DNA of 44,465 nucleotides from a virus. Positions 35,866 through 43,446 of the stretch are shown here, one piece after another. The position numbers were made by a program, and so were the translations under genes. The DNA lies in the IMG/VR virus record IMGVR_UViG_3300011435_000008, positions 1 to 44,465 of that record; one strand, written 5' to 3'. How positions within the stretch are numbered: position 1 is the first letter of the stretch; every line of letters starts with the position of its first letter. The notes under the pieces were generated by a model. The model was not told the origin of the DNA and searched no databases. It saw only the letters and a program-made list of their open reading frames with translations.

Positions 35866-35866
35866 A

Positions 35867-35917
35867 TTTGGTGGTTACGTACCCGCAACCTATATTTGTG
35901 GAACAAAAGCAGAAAAT
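35867..35917 (+). promoter_or_regulatory. Promoter cassette copy 7 (-33 35867-35870, -7 35891-35898).
   Basis: TTTGGTGGTTACGTACCCGCAACCTATATTTGTGGAACAAAAGCAGAAAAT followed by ATG at 35918. Confidence 0.8.
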
Positions 35918-36172
35918 ATGAAAACTTTAAATCTGAACGGCCAAAAAGTAAAAGTAGATGCGGAATTTTTAGTGGGCGAGGTTATAGCTGGAAAATACCA
36001 GGTAACAGTAGTTATTAATGGTAAGAGATACTCTAACGCCTTTACAGGCACGTGCAATATTAGTGCAACTACTGGCCGCTACTCAGTAACTTTTGTCTGT
36101 AATACGACTGGCGCAAAATTTGGAGACAGCGAAAAAAAGTGCATGGAGCACCTTTTAAATAATAATCTTTAA
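35918..36172 (+). CDS. Hypothetical protein (84 aa).
   Basis: ATG after the cassette leader. Confidence 0.7.
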   Translation: MKTLNLNGQKVKVDAEFLVGEVIAGKYQVTVVINGKRYSNAFTGTCNISATTGRYSVTFVCNTTGAKFGDSEKKCMEHLLNNNL

Positions 36173-36179
36173 ACCACCA

Positions 36180-36197
36180 GGCCCCTACCCAGGGGCC
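36180..36197 (+). terminator. GC hairpin GGCCCCT-accc-AGGGGCC with no T tract. Possible weak terminator or RNA-stability element.
   Basis: Perfect 7-bp stem read directly. Confidence 0.3.
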
Positions 36198-36211
36198 ACA
36201 AAATAAAAACT

Positions 36212-36448
36212 ATGACCCTGAAAGCTAAGAAAGCCAACGCCACCAAACTAGTAAACAAGGCCCGCACTACCCTGGGCTACGACATTCTCGACGCCATAGA
36301 CCTGACCCTGGGCAATATACACTACCAGATACCAGAGCAGCGGGCCTGGTTTGAGACGCTTATAACTGCGCGCCTGGCAGACAGCATAAACCATTTAAAT
36401 TTTTTCGAGGACCAGAGAAAAAAACTTTTGGTAGTTACCGCGGGGTAA
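36212..36448 (+). CDS. Hypothetical protein (78 aa).
   Basis: ATG ORF. Confidence 0.6.
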   Translation: MTLKAKKANATKLVNKARTTLGYDILDAIDLTLGNIHYQIPEQRAWFETLITARLADSINHLNFFEDQRKKLLVVTAG

Positions 36449-36518
36449 CTATCTTTACGGGGTCCAGGTAAGTGGACGCAAAACGGGGCCAAACCATACC
36501 ATTATAGCCTTAACCTTT

Positions 36519-36578
36519 TTGCCGCTGGATATTGCGGCACCTCTTACCAGGTGCCAATATTGAAGGCGGCAATTTTTT
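36519..36578 (+). terminator. Long, imperfect ~20-bp hairpin followed by T6. Terminator or regulatory structure ahead of the glycan cassette.
   Basis: The outer TTGCCGC/GCGGCAA, middle ATATT/AATAT and inner GGCACCT/AGGTGCC segments pair around the loop cttacc, followed by TTTTTT. Confidence 0.7.
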
Positions 36579-36582
36579 ATTT

Positions 36583-37233
36583 ATGCAACTCAGTATTATT
36601 TCAGCCATTATAGGGGGCATAGACCAGCCTAAGACACTACCCACGCAGCTGGGCATTAACGGCCACGACCTGAGCCACTACCTGGTAACGACCGTGGAGG
36701 GCCTGAACGAGGGACGCACTGACCGGGAAAAGGCCCTGTTTTACAAGTGCCAGCCGCACCGTAATTTCCCTGGGGACGTTTACATTTGGGTAGATGGTAA
36801 GGTACAGGTGCAGGCCTCAGACTTTGCCACCCAGGTACTGGCAGCCCTCCAGGGTAGCCACCTGGCGGTCCTTAAGCATGGCAGCCGGGCCTGTATATAC
36901 GAGGAGGTAACGTACATAGAGCAGCAAATAGCCAGGGGTAGTAAGTACCTGGCCACCCGCTACGCAGCCAAACCAATACGCGCCCAGGTAGAGGCCTACC
37001 GCCAGATAGGCTACCCTGCTGGAGCCGGGTTATACGACTGCTGCATAGTGGCGGCACGTAACACGCCAGAGGCGCAGGACGTACTTAACTACTGGTGGGC
37101 CGAGGTACGCGATTATAACGCATTTGACCAGACCGCGCTACCCTTTGCCGCCTGGAGGCTAGGGGTAGAAATAAAGCCTATAACTTTGAGGCCTGGGACC
37201 ATTAGCCACGTACCGCACACACTACTGAAATGA
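36583..37233 (+). CDS. DUF616 / TOD1-MUCI70-like glycosyltransferase-like protein.
   Basis: The track start 36532 (TTG) lies inside the hairpin; ATG 36583 (MQLSIISAIIGGIDQP...) is preferred. ...FPGDVYIWVDGKVQV..., ...CIYEE... and ...FDQTALPFAAW... resemble DUF616 blocks. Confidence 0.5.
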   Translation: MQLSIISAIIGGIDQPKTLPTQLGINGHDLSHYLVTTVEGLNEGRTDREKALFYKCQPHRNFPGDVYIWVDGKVQVQASDFATQVLAALQGSHLAVLKHGSRACIYEEVTYIEQQIARGSKYLATRYAAKPIRAQVEAYRQIGYPAGAGLYDCCIVAARNTPEAQDVLNYWWAEVRDYNAFDQTALPFAAWRLGVEIKPITLRPGTISHVPHTLLK

Positions 37234-37406
37234 AAAAGATTTTTATATTCTATCTGGCCTGGGTGGCCATAATTTACACCTTACTGGCCCTATGGTTTAA
37301 CGCCTTAAACCCCTGGGCCTGGGACTGGCCAGGGCAGTATTTATTTATCGTAATAGGTTTAATTATTGGGGCCGTCCTGGCAGTAACAAACAGTTTTAGA
37401 CAATGA
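37230..37406 (+). CDS. Small membrane protein (58 aa, 2 TM).
   Basis: ATGA overlap. Translates MKKIFIFYLAWVAIIYTLLALWFNALNPWAWDWPGQYLFIVIGLIIGAVLAVTNSFRQ. Its stop overlaps the next ATG. Confidence 0.5.
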   Translation: MKKIFIFYLAWVAIIYTLLALWFNALNPWAWDWPGQYLFIVIGLIIGAVLAVTNSFRQ

Positions 37407-37585
37407 CATACCAAAACATACAAGGCTTTATATTTTGTGGCGGAGCCGCAAACGCCAGCCAGCTATACCGTATAAGAAAGGCACATATTAACGCTACCCA
37501 AATGCTCTGGCTGACCACGGGCCACGTGGTCCAGGACGGCAGGATTTATAATAAAGAAACACCTATATTAATATTTTTGAACTAA
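37403..37585 (+). CDS. Hypothetical protein (60 aa).
   Basis: ATG ORF, translationally coupled on both sides. Confidence 0.5.
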   Translation: MTYQNIQGFIFCGGAANASQLYRIRKAHINATQMLWLTTGHVVQDGRIYNKETPILIFLN

Positions 37586-37761
37586 TGAGAGCGCAAATAA
37601 TAGGACGACAGCACCCGCACCTGGTTTACGTCTATGGCCGTACTCTACCCGTTTTTATGGTACGCCTAAAGGAAAAGGACAGACCACCGCACCCAGACGG
37701 GCTGACAGCAATATTTAAAATTAAATACCATGCGTCTACCAAAACCACCAGGGCTAAGTAA
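37585..37761 (+). CDS. Possible small protein (58 aa).
   Basis: ATG at 37585 overlaps the upstream stop. Translates MRAQIIGRQHPHLVYVYGRTLPVFMVRLKEKDRPPHPDGLTAIFKIKYHASTKTTRAK. A competing 45-aa ORF (37728-37865) with a C-terminal TM overlaps it. Confidence 0.35.
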   Translation: MRAQIIGRQHPHLVYVYGRTLPVFMVRLKEKDRPPHPDGLTAIFKIKYHASTKTTRAK

Positions 37762-37869
37762 GGAGGCCAGCGACCGCTGGGACAAAAGCGACCGCATAAA
37801 CGCCAGGGTAACTGGCGTGGGTATGGTCGTAGTAATAGGGTTTTTTCTCACATTAATATTTTTAAAACT

Positions 37870-38547
37870 ATGCTGAGTGTCTGCATACCAACGTATGAGC
37901 AGCGAGGCGTCGGGCCTTTCCTGTTTAATATGCTGCTTAAAACGATTGAAAACCAGCGTTATAGCAGGCCTTATGAAATAATAGTTTCAGATAATAGCAG
38001 TAACTCGCTGATATTCAGGGAAATAAAGAACTTTCCCCACTTACCAATAGTTTACTATCAAAACCCGGTGCAGGGTGCAGCTGAGAACCTTAACTTTTCC
38101 CTGGACCATGCCACAGGCGACCGGGTAAAAATAATGTGCCAGGACGACGTTTTTATGGTACGCGACGCGCTGCAACAATTCGACCAGGGCCTGGACCAGG
38201 CGGGCTGGGCCATTTCAAACGCCGTGCAGATAAACGCCAGCGGCATAAAGACAGGACGCAGCCGGGCCAGGTACGTGCACGGCAATTTTGATAAAAATAC
38301 GGTGGGCATGCCCTCAGTCATAGCCTTTAGAAAAAACCCTTTACGCTTTGACACCAGGCTACGGACCTTTTGCGACCTGTATTTTTATTACCAGCTTTAC
38401 GAGTTGTACGGGCCGCCCTTTGTCATACAGGACTTTCCAGTGGGCCAGAGGTACCACCCGGCCAGCCAGTCGCGTAACCAGCCACCCAGCCACCAGGCAG
38501 ACAAAAATTTTTTACTTTCGCATGGCTTAATAAAGTGCAATGTTTAA
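37870..38547 (+). CDS. Family 2 (GT-A fold) glycosyltransferase.
   Basis: N-terminal LSVCIPTYEQ...YEIIVSDNSS and the DxD-type CQDDVF are typical of GT2. Confidence 0.7.
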   Translation: MLSVCIPTYEQRGVGPFLFNMLLKTIENQRYSRPYEIIVSDNSSNSLIFREIKNFPHLPIVYYQNPVQGAAENLNFSLDHATGDRVKIMCQDDVFMVRDALQQFDQGLDQAGWAISNAVQINASGIKTGRSRARYVHGNFDKNTVGMPSVIAFRKNPLRFDTRLRTFCDLYFYYQLYELYGPPFVIQDFPVGQRYHPASQSRNQPPSHQADKNFLLSHGLIKCNV

Positions 38548-39757
38548 AAATCATACCAGCTGCCGCGTGTGCAATAGCCCAAACCTGGAGCAATACCTGG
38601 ACCTGGGTTTAATGCCCCTATCAAATAACCTCCTGGACGACCCAGGCGAAATAGCGCCACGCTACCCACTGCGCGTTATGCTTTGCCCACGCTGCGGCCT
38701 TAGCCAGCTATCCATAGTCATAGACCCGCAAACCCTTTTCGGCCACTATGTTTATCGCTCGTCCATTAGCCAGTCGTTTAAAGACCATTGCAGAGAAATG
38801 GCCCACGAACTGGCGGCCACCTACCAGCTGGGGCCAGATAGTTTTCATATAGACATAGCCGGAAACGACGGGGCGCTGCTGGTGGAGTTTCGCCAGGTGC
38901 TGCACCACCGTACGCTCTCGGTGGACCCGGCAGCAAACCTGGCCCCTATCTGCGAGGCCCAGGGTATAAGAGCCTACCAGGCATTTTGGGGCCTGGAGGC
39001 GGCAGAGCACCTGGCTGCTACCGGGTGGCCGAGGGCGGACCTAATAACGGCTACCAATGTTTTTGCCCACGTGGACGACGTTAAGGAGTTTTTAACCGCC
39101 GTGCGCCAGACCCTGGCACCTGGCGGCGTACTGGTCCTGGAGTTTCCGTACCTCCTGGACTTTATAGACAAGGGAGAGTTCGACACCGTATATTTTGAGC
39201 ACCTCAGCTATTTTTCCATAGTGCCCCTGGCCTACTTGTGTATACAGTGCGGCCTGGAACTGGTGGAGGTAAGCCACCAGGATATACACGGCGGCAGCGT
39301 GCGCTGCCACGTCCAGCACAAGGGCCAGCGGCCCCAGGTAGGCGTGCAGGAGTTTTTGCGCCGGGAAATCCACGGCGGCTATGCAGATATAAAAACCTAT
39401 TACGCCTGGGCCAGGAAGGTAGACAAAATAGTGGTCGGGTTTAATAAGCTACTGGACCACCTTAAGGGCGCGAAGATTTACGGTTTTGCAGCCTCGGCCA
39501 AAGGTAATACGCTGCTAAACGTGGCAGGGGTAACAGTAAAGCAGATACCTTTCATAGTGGACCAGACCCCGGAAAAGGTGGGCAAGTTTTCACCTGGTAC
39601 GGGTATACCTATAATTGACTTACCCGCCATGATAGACGACCCGCCAGAGTACCTGGTGCTACTGGCCTGGAACTTTGCCGAGGAGGTCGTAGCTAAGACG
39701 CGCCGGGCTGGCTACCTGGGGCACTACATTATGCCATTAACTGCACAAATAATATGA
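38540..39757 (+). CDS. SAM-dependent methyltransferase of the NDP-hexose C-methyltransferase family (Zn-ribbon + class I MTase + C-terminal domain).
   Basis: CRVCNS...CPRCGLSQL zinc ribbon; SAM motif HIDIAGNDGALL; C-terminal ...GFAASAKGNTLLNVAG...VDQTPEKVGKFSPGTGIPI..., as in TylCIII-like sugar C-methyltransferases. Confidence 0.7.
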   Translation: MFKNHTSCRVCNSPNLEQYLDLGLMPLSNNLLDDPGEIAPRYPLRVMLCPRCGLSQLSIVIDPQTLFGHYVYRSSISQSFKDHCREMAHELAATYQLGPDSFHIDIAGNDGALLVEFRQVLHHRTLSVDPAANLAPICEAQGIRAYQAFWGLEAAEHLAATGWPRADLITATNVFAHVDDVKEFLTAVRQTLAPGGVLVLEFPYLLDFIDKGEFDTVYFEHLSYFSIVPLAYLCIQCGLELVEVSHQDIHGGSVRCHVQHKGQRPQVGVQEFLRREIHGGYADIKTYYAWARKVDKIVVGFNKLLDHLKGAKIYGFAASAKGNTLLNVAGVTVKQIPFIVDQTPEKVGKFSPGTGIPIIDLPAMIDDPPEYLVLLAWNFAEEVVAKTRRAGYLGHYIMPLTAQII

Positions 39758-39951
39758 CAGAAAACACTAATTTTTTACAGGACCAGGCCGAAATAGTAGA
39801 AAAACTGGGCGAAATTGACCAGTTATTGCAACTTTTCGAGGATAAGTACGGCGTAACGCCAATAATTGAGAACGCACGCAAGGACCGCAGCGACGGCGAC
39901 GAGTGGAGCGGGGCCGAGCTGCGCCTGGTAATATCCAAATATGAAAGATGA
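39754..39951 (+). CDS. Hypothetical acidic protein (65 aa).
   Basis: ATGA overlaps on both sides. Confidence 0.55.
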   Translation: MTENTNFLQDQAEIVEKLGEIDQLLQLFEDKYGVTPIIENARKDRSDGDEWSGAELRLVISKYER

Positions 39952-40595
39952 GGCTAGTAATACCGTACAGGCTGGCCGGGGACGGCCTGGAGTTAAAGTA
40001 CGCTATACGCTCTATGGTCCGCCATTTTAACGCACTTACCGGGGTGCTACTGATAGGCGACCGCCCAGAGTGGTACGACGGGGACCATATAGCCAGGGCG
40101 GACTTCGAGGGCGAGAAAGAGAAAAGTATGCAGATAAAGGTAATGGCCTGCCAGGACCCGGTTTTTTTATACTCTAACGACGACTACTACGCACTGGAGG
40201 ACTTTGGCATAGACCTACCTAACTACCACGACACGACATGCGAGGACCTGGCAGTGCGCCACCAGCGTAAAGATTATAGGCGCATGTATGAAAACTGCGG
40301 CCCTGGGTGGCTAAATTATGATATTCATGTACCAATGATTATGCGCCGCGACCGTTTCCTGGCTACCTTTGAGGCTATGGACGGACAGACACCAATAAAA
40401 ACCACCTACGCAAATGGACTGGTCCCTGGGCCGTACCTGGCCGACTGTAAAGTGCGGGGGGAGCACAACCTGGGCGAACTGGAGGACCTGGTGAAAGATA
40501 GGCCGTTTTTTTCCACCCACGAGAGCGTTATAAACCACGACTTTTTGTATTTTATAAATAAACTCTACCCCAATGCAAGTAAATGGGAACGCTGA
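39948..40595 (+). CDS. Stealth-CR2-like putative sugar(-phosphate) transferase.
   Basis: ELKYAIRSMVRHFNALTGVLLIGDRPEWY resembles the Stealth CR2 block (ELRYSLRS...P.W). Also has YSNDDYY and DIHVP. Weak call, from memory only. Confidence 0.35.
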   Translation: MRLVIPYRLAGDGLELKYAIRSMVRHFNALTGVLLIGDRPEWYDGDHIARADFEGEKEKSMQIKVMACQDPVFLYSNDDYYALEDFGIDLPNYHDTTCEDLAVRHQRKDYRRMYENCGPGWLNYDIHVPMIMRRDRFLATFEAMDGQTPIKTTYANGLVPGPYLADCKVRGEHNLGELEDLVKDRPFFSTHESVINHDFLYFINKLYPNASKWER

Positions 40596-41979
40596 GGAGA
40601 GGCCCGTAATAGAAATGCGCGTTACCAGTGTATTTAACCGTAACTGGGACGCCGTGCACGCCGTAAATCCAGACGGCACCAGGCGGTATAAGTACATAGT
40701 AAATAAAGGGTCCAGCCGCTCGTCTAAAACCTACTCGTTAATAGATTGTTTTGATACCCTGGCACGCAAAGAGAAAAATAAACGCTTTACTATCTGGCGC
40801 GATACAAAAGTGGATTGTGTAGATACGGTCTGGAACGACCTGGAAAAGCGTTTAATGGCTACGGGCCGCTGGCAGTTCCAGAATAAATTTAACGCCACAA
40901 AGACCTACCTACGCTACGCTACCGGGTCCAGGGTGGAGACGCACGGGGCCGACGACAGCGTGAGCGTGCACGGGCTGAACCAGAACGCGGCCTGGTTAAA
41001 TGAGCCATACAAAATAAGTAAGGACGTTTTCGACCAGATAGACCAGCGTACAGAGGACTTTATTTTTATAGACTGGAACCCACGCCAGGCGCACTGGGTA
41101 GAGGACCTGGAGAGAGACGAGCGCACCATAGTTATAAACTCGACCTTTAGGGACAATCCATTTTGCCCAGAGGCCCAGCGGGAGAAAATCCTAAGCTACC
41201 AGACCATAAAGGACAGCCACGCAGTGCTCCACAAGTTACTAACGCCTGGGGAGGCTGAGACGTACAGCTGCGTAGCAAACCCAAAGGGCCTGGCGGGTAA
41301 GTATACCACCGAACTGGCACGCTGTCAAAATAACGAGTATAAACGCAGCGCAAACGCCTATAATTGGAGCGTCTACGGCCTGGGCCTGAGAGCCGAAAAG
41401 CCAAACCGTATTTTTTCCTGGTCTGAAATTTCCCTGGCTGAGTACCTGGCCCTGGACGTGCCACTTTATTACGGGTGCGACTGGGGAATTTGCGACCCCT
41501 GGGCTATTAGTGAGGTGAAGTACTACGACGGTGGTCTGTACGTCAGAGAACTTAATTATAGCAGCGAAAACACGCTGCGCGATAAAATGACCTTAACGGA
41601 CCGGGAGCAGATACTGGGGGCCGAGGAGGGTATAGTAAACTGGCTCTTTAGCCACCTGGCGGTCCCTTTCACCAGTGAAATTATTTGCGACCCAAACCGA
41701 CGGCTTAAAATACTGGCGCTGCGCCAGGCTGGCTGGGAGTACGCCATAGCTGCCCCAAAGCCTCCAGGGTCCATAATAGACGGCATTAGCCTGCTATCTA
41801 ATCTAAGGGTATACTTTACCGCTGACAGCGTAAACGTGCGCCAGGAGCAGGAGAATTACAGCCGCAAGGTGGACCGCTACGGCATAGTGCTGGAGGAGCC
41901 AGAGGACCTGGACAACCATCACATGGACGCCGTACGCTACGTGGCCACGTATCTGCAAACCCAGGGCGTTATAAAATAG
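40573..41979 (+). CDS. terL: Terminase large subunit.
   Basis: Walker-A-like NKGSSRSSKT near the N-terminus; the C-terminal acidic block LDNHHMDAVRYV is typical of the terminase nuclease domain. Alternative start at 40615. Confidence 0.85.
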   Translation: MQVNGNAEERPVIEMRVTSVFNRNWDAVHAVNPDGTRRYKYIVNKGSSRSSKTYSLIDCFDTLARKEKNKRFTIWRDTKVDCVDTVWNDLEKRLMATGRWQFQNKFNATKTYLRYATGSRVETHGADDSVSVHGLNQNAAWLNEPYKISKDVFDQIDQRTEDFIFIDWNPRQAHWVEDLERDERTIVINSTFRDNPFCPEAQREKILSYQTIKDSHAVLHKLLTPGEAETYSCVANPKGLAGKYTTELARCQNNEYKRSANAYNWSVYGLGLRAEKPNRIFSWSEISLAEYLALDVPLYYGCDWGICDPWAISEVKYYDGGLYVRELNYSSENTLRDKMTLTDREQILGAEEGIVNWLFSHLAVPFTSEIICDPNRRLKILALRQAGWEYAIAAPKPPGSIIDGISLLSNLRVYFTADSVNVRQEQENYSRKVDRYGIVLEEPEDLDNHHMDAVRYVATYLQTQGVIK

Positions 41980-42002
41980 TGTTGCTTTTTCTTACTTTCC
42001 AC

Positions 42003-42032
42003 GGCCCCGGCGTTTCTACCTGGGGCCTTTTT
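42003..42032 (+). terminator. Intrinsic terminator (CGTTTCTAC-loop family), first of five in tandem.
   Basis: GGCCCC-ggcgtttctacct-GGGGCC followed by TTTTT. Confidence 0.75.
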
Positions 42033-42091
42033 CGTATATTGTGGCGGGCCTTTGTCTCTACTTTGGCCGGAAAAATTTGTTTGTTGTTTGC

Positions 42092-42123
42092 GCCAGCCTC
42101 TCGTCCAGGCTGGCCTTTTTTTT
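42092..42123 (+). terminator. Intrinsic terminator.
   Basis: GCCAGCC-tctcgtcca-GGCTGGC followed by c and T8. Confidence 0.85.
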
Positions 42124-42182
42124 GCTGCTACTTTATACCAAGTTTTGATAACAGTACGACTATTTTTGAAGGTGAAAACCTC

Positions 42183-42217
42183 GGCCCGCCGTTTTTACGC
42201 TGCGGGCCTTTATCTTT
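42183..42217 (+). terminator. Intrinsic terminator-like hairpin.
   Basis: GGCCCGC-cgtttttacgct-GCGGGCC followed by tttatcttt. Confidence 0.6.
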
Positions 42218-42253
42218 GTATGGTAACAACTAGAGCCTTTTTATTTAACTCTA

Positions 42254-42285
42254 GGGCCGGACGTTTCCACGTTTGGCCCTTTTTT
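42254..42285 (+). terminator. Intrinsic terminator-like hairpin.
   Basis: GGGCC-ggacgtttccacgttt-GGCCC followed by T6. Confidence 0.65.
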
Positions 42286-42333
42286 ATTATATTTAAATCC
42301 TAGTTTTTCAGAGGGTATACGGATAAAGAAATT

Positions 42334-42363
42334 ACCGGGTATTTTTATGCCTGGTTTTTTTTT
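42334..42363 (+). terminator. Hairpin plus a long T-run immediately before cassette copy 8.
   Basis: ACCGGG-tatttttatg-CCTGGT (one G-T pair) followed by T9. Confidence 0.55.
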
Positions 42364-42370
42364 ATTTTTA

Positions 42371-42406
42371 TTTGGTGGTTACGATACCGCACCCTATATT
42401 TGCACC
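42371..42406 (+). promoter_or_regulatory. Promoter cassette copy 8, short-leader form (-33 42371-42374, -7 42395-42402, ATG 4 nt later).
   Basis: TTTGGTGGTTACGATACCGCACCCTATATTTGCACC followed by ATG at 42407. Confidence 0.75.
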
Positions 42407-42790
42407 ATGACAAACAACTGGACCCAGCCCTACAAACCCAGCACCCGCGCCCTGGTAACGACTAAGCTAGTGCCCTTTATCTGCACTGGCGGCAACGTCT
42501 ACACTATTAAAAACGCGGTTACTGCCCGCTCGTTTACTTACAAGGCCGTAGCGCCAAAGGACGGCCAGACGGACATAGTATTTATACACGCCTTATTTGG
42601 TCCAGCCATAGGCCGCGGCCAGTTTAATTATATCGGCTTTGTCCGTGGTGGCCAGTTCTACTGGGGCGGTGCTAAAGCTGCGGCCAGCCAGGACGACCTT
42701 AAGGTGGTAGCCTGGGCGCACGTTTTTAACCAGCTTATGGACGGTAAGCAGCACCCGGCGCTGGAAATTTGGAACGAGTACGGGAAGTAA
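42407..42790 (+). CDS. Hypothetical early protein (127 aa).
   Basis: ATG after the cassette. The track start 42347 translates the T-run and the cassette. Confidence 0.7.
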   Translation: MTNNWTQPYKPSTRALVTTKLVPFICTGGNVYTIKNAVTARSFTYKAVAPKDGQTDIVFIHALFGPAIGRGQFNYIGFVRGGQFYWGGAKAAASQDDLKVVAWAHVFNQLMDGKQHPALEIWNEYGK

Positions 42791-42843
42791 CCAGAATAAC
42801 CATAACGCCACCAAAAAATAACTTTGTATTTTTAAAGTTTTAT

Positions 42844-42894
42844 TTTGGTGGTTACGATACCGCACCCGATATTTGCAATCTAAACAACAAACAA
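42844..42894 (+). promoter_or_regulatory. Promoter cassette copy 9 (-33 42844-42847; -7 GATATTTG at 42868-42875).
   Basis: TTTGGTGGTTACGATACCGCACCCGATATTTGCAATCTAAACAACAAACAA followed by ATG at 42895. Confidence 0.7.
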
Positions 42895-43197
42895 ATGAAT
42901 TTAGCAGTAGCTACCGAAATCTTAAACCAGCTGGGTGGTAAAATGTTTATCTTAATGACTGGCAGTAAGAACTTTACCAGCGATAAGTGCGCCCTATCTT
43001 TCCACCTGGCTAAAAATGCCAGCCGCGCAAAATATTGCCGTATTGAGTTAATGCCTAACGACACCTATACCGTAACTTTCCTGGCCAGGGCTGACAAAAA
43101 TTTTAATTTCGCTGAGGTCGCAAAATTTGAGGGCGCATACTGCGACCAGCTGCAAAATATTTTTTCTGGCGTAACAGGCCTCTATACTAAACTTTAA
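42895..43197 (+). CDS. Hypothetical early protein (100 aa).
   Basis: ATG after the cassette leader (MNLAVATEILNQLGGKMFILMTGSKNF...). Confidence 0.7.
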   Translation: MNLAVATEILNQLGGKMFILMTGSKNFTSDKCALSFHLAKNASRAKYCRIELMPNDTYTVTFLARADKNFNFAEVAKFEGAYCDQLQNIFSGVTGLYTKL

Positions 43198-43203
43198 TAA
43201 ATT

Positions 43204-43446
43204 ATGAACTTTTCAGACCGCATTTGCATTAGATACCGCCTTTTTAGTAATAACTGGGAAATTAAACTTTGCCAGGAGGGCCTCGGTTTTGCCGTGCTCC
43301 TGGCCCAGGACGGGAACCAGACCACTAAACGCTTTTACGTTAGCCTGGAGGAGGCGGACCGCTACTACGCTAAGGTTTGCCGGGTCCTGGCCCAGGCGGC
43401 GGACCGCGCCATTTTTGCCTCCACCGCTAAATATAATACGAAATGA
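43204..43446 (+). CDS. Hypothetical protein (80 aa).
   Basis: ATG ORF. Confidence 0.6.
   Translation: MNFSDRICIRYRLFSNNWEIKLCQEGLGFAVLLAQDGNQTTKRFYVSLEEADRYYAKVCRVLAQAADRAIFASTAKYNTK

Noticed and set aside
41979-42303. ORF-track entries 41979..42233 (84 aa) and 42052..42303 (83 aa).
   Set aside because: Both are translations of the tandem GC-hairpin/T-run terminator region. They are Phe/Leu/Pro-rich and of low complexity, start with non-ATG codons, overlap each other and have no start context. Treated as non-coding.
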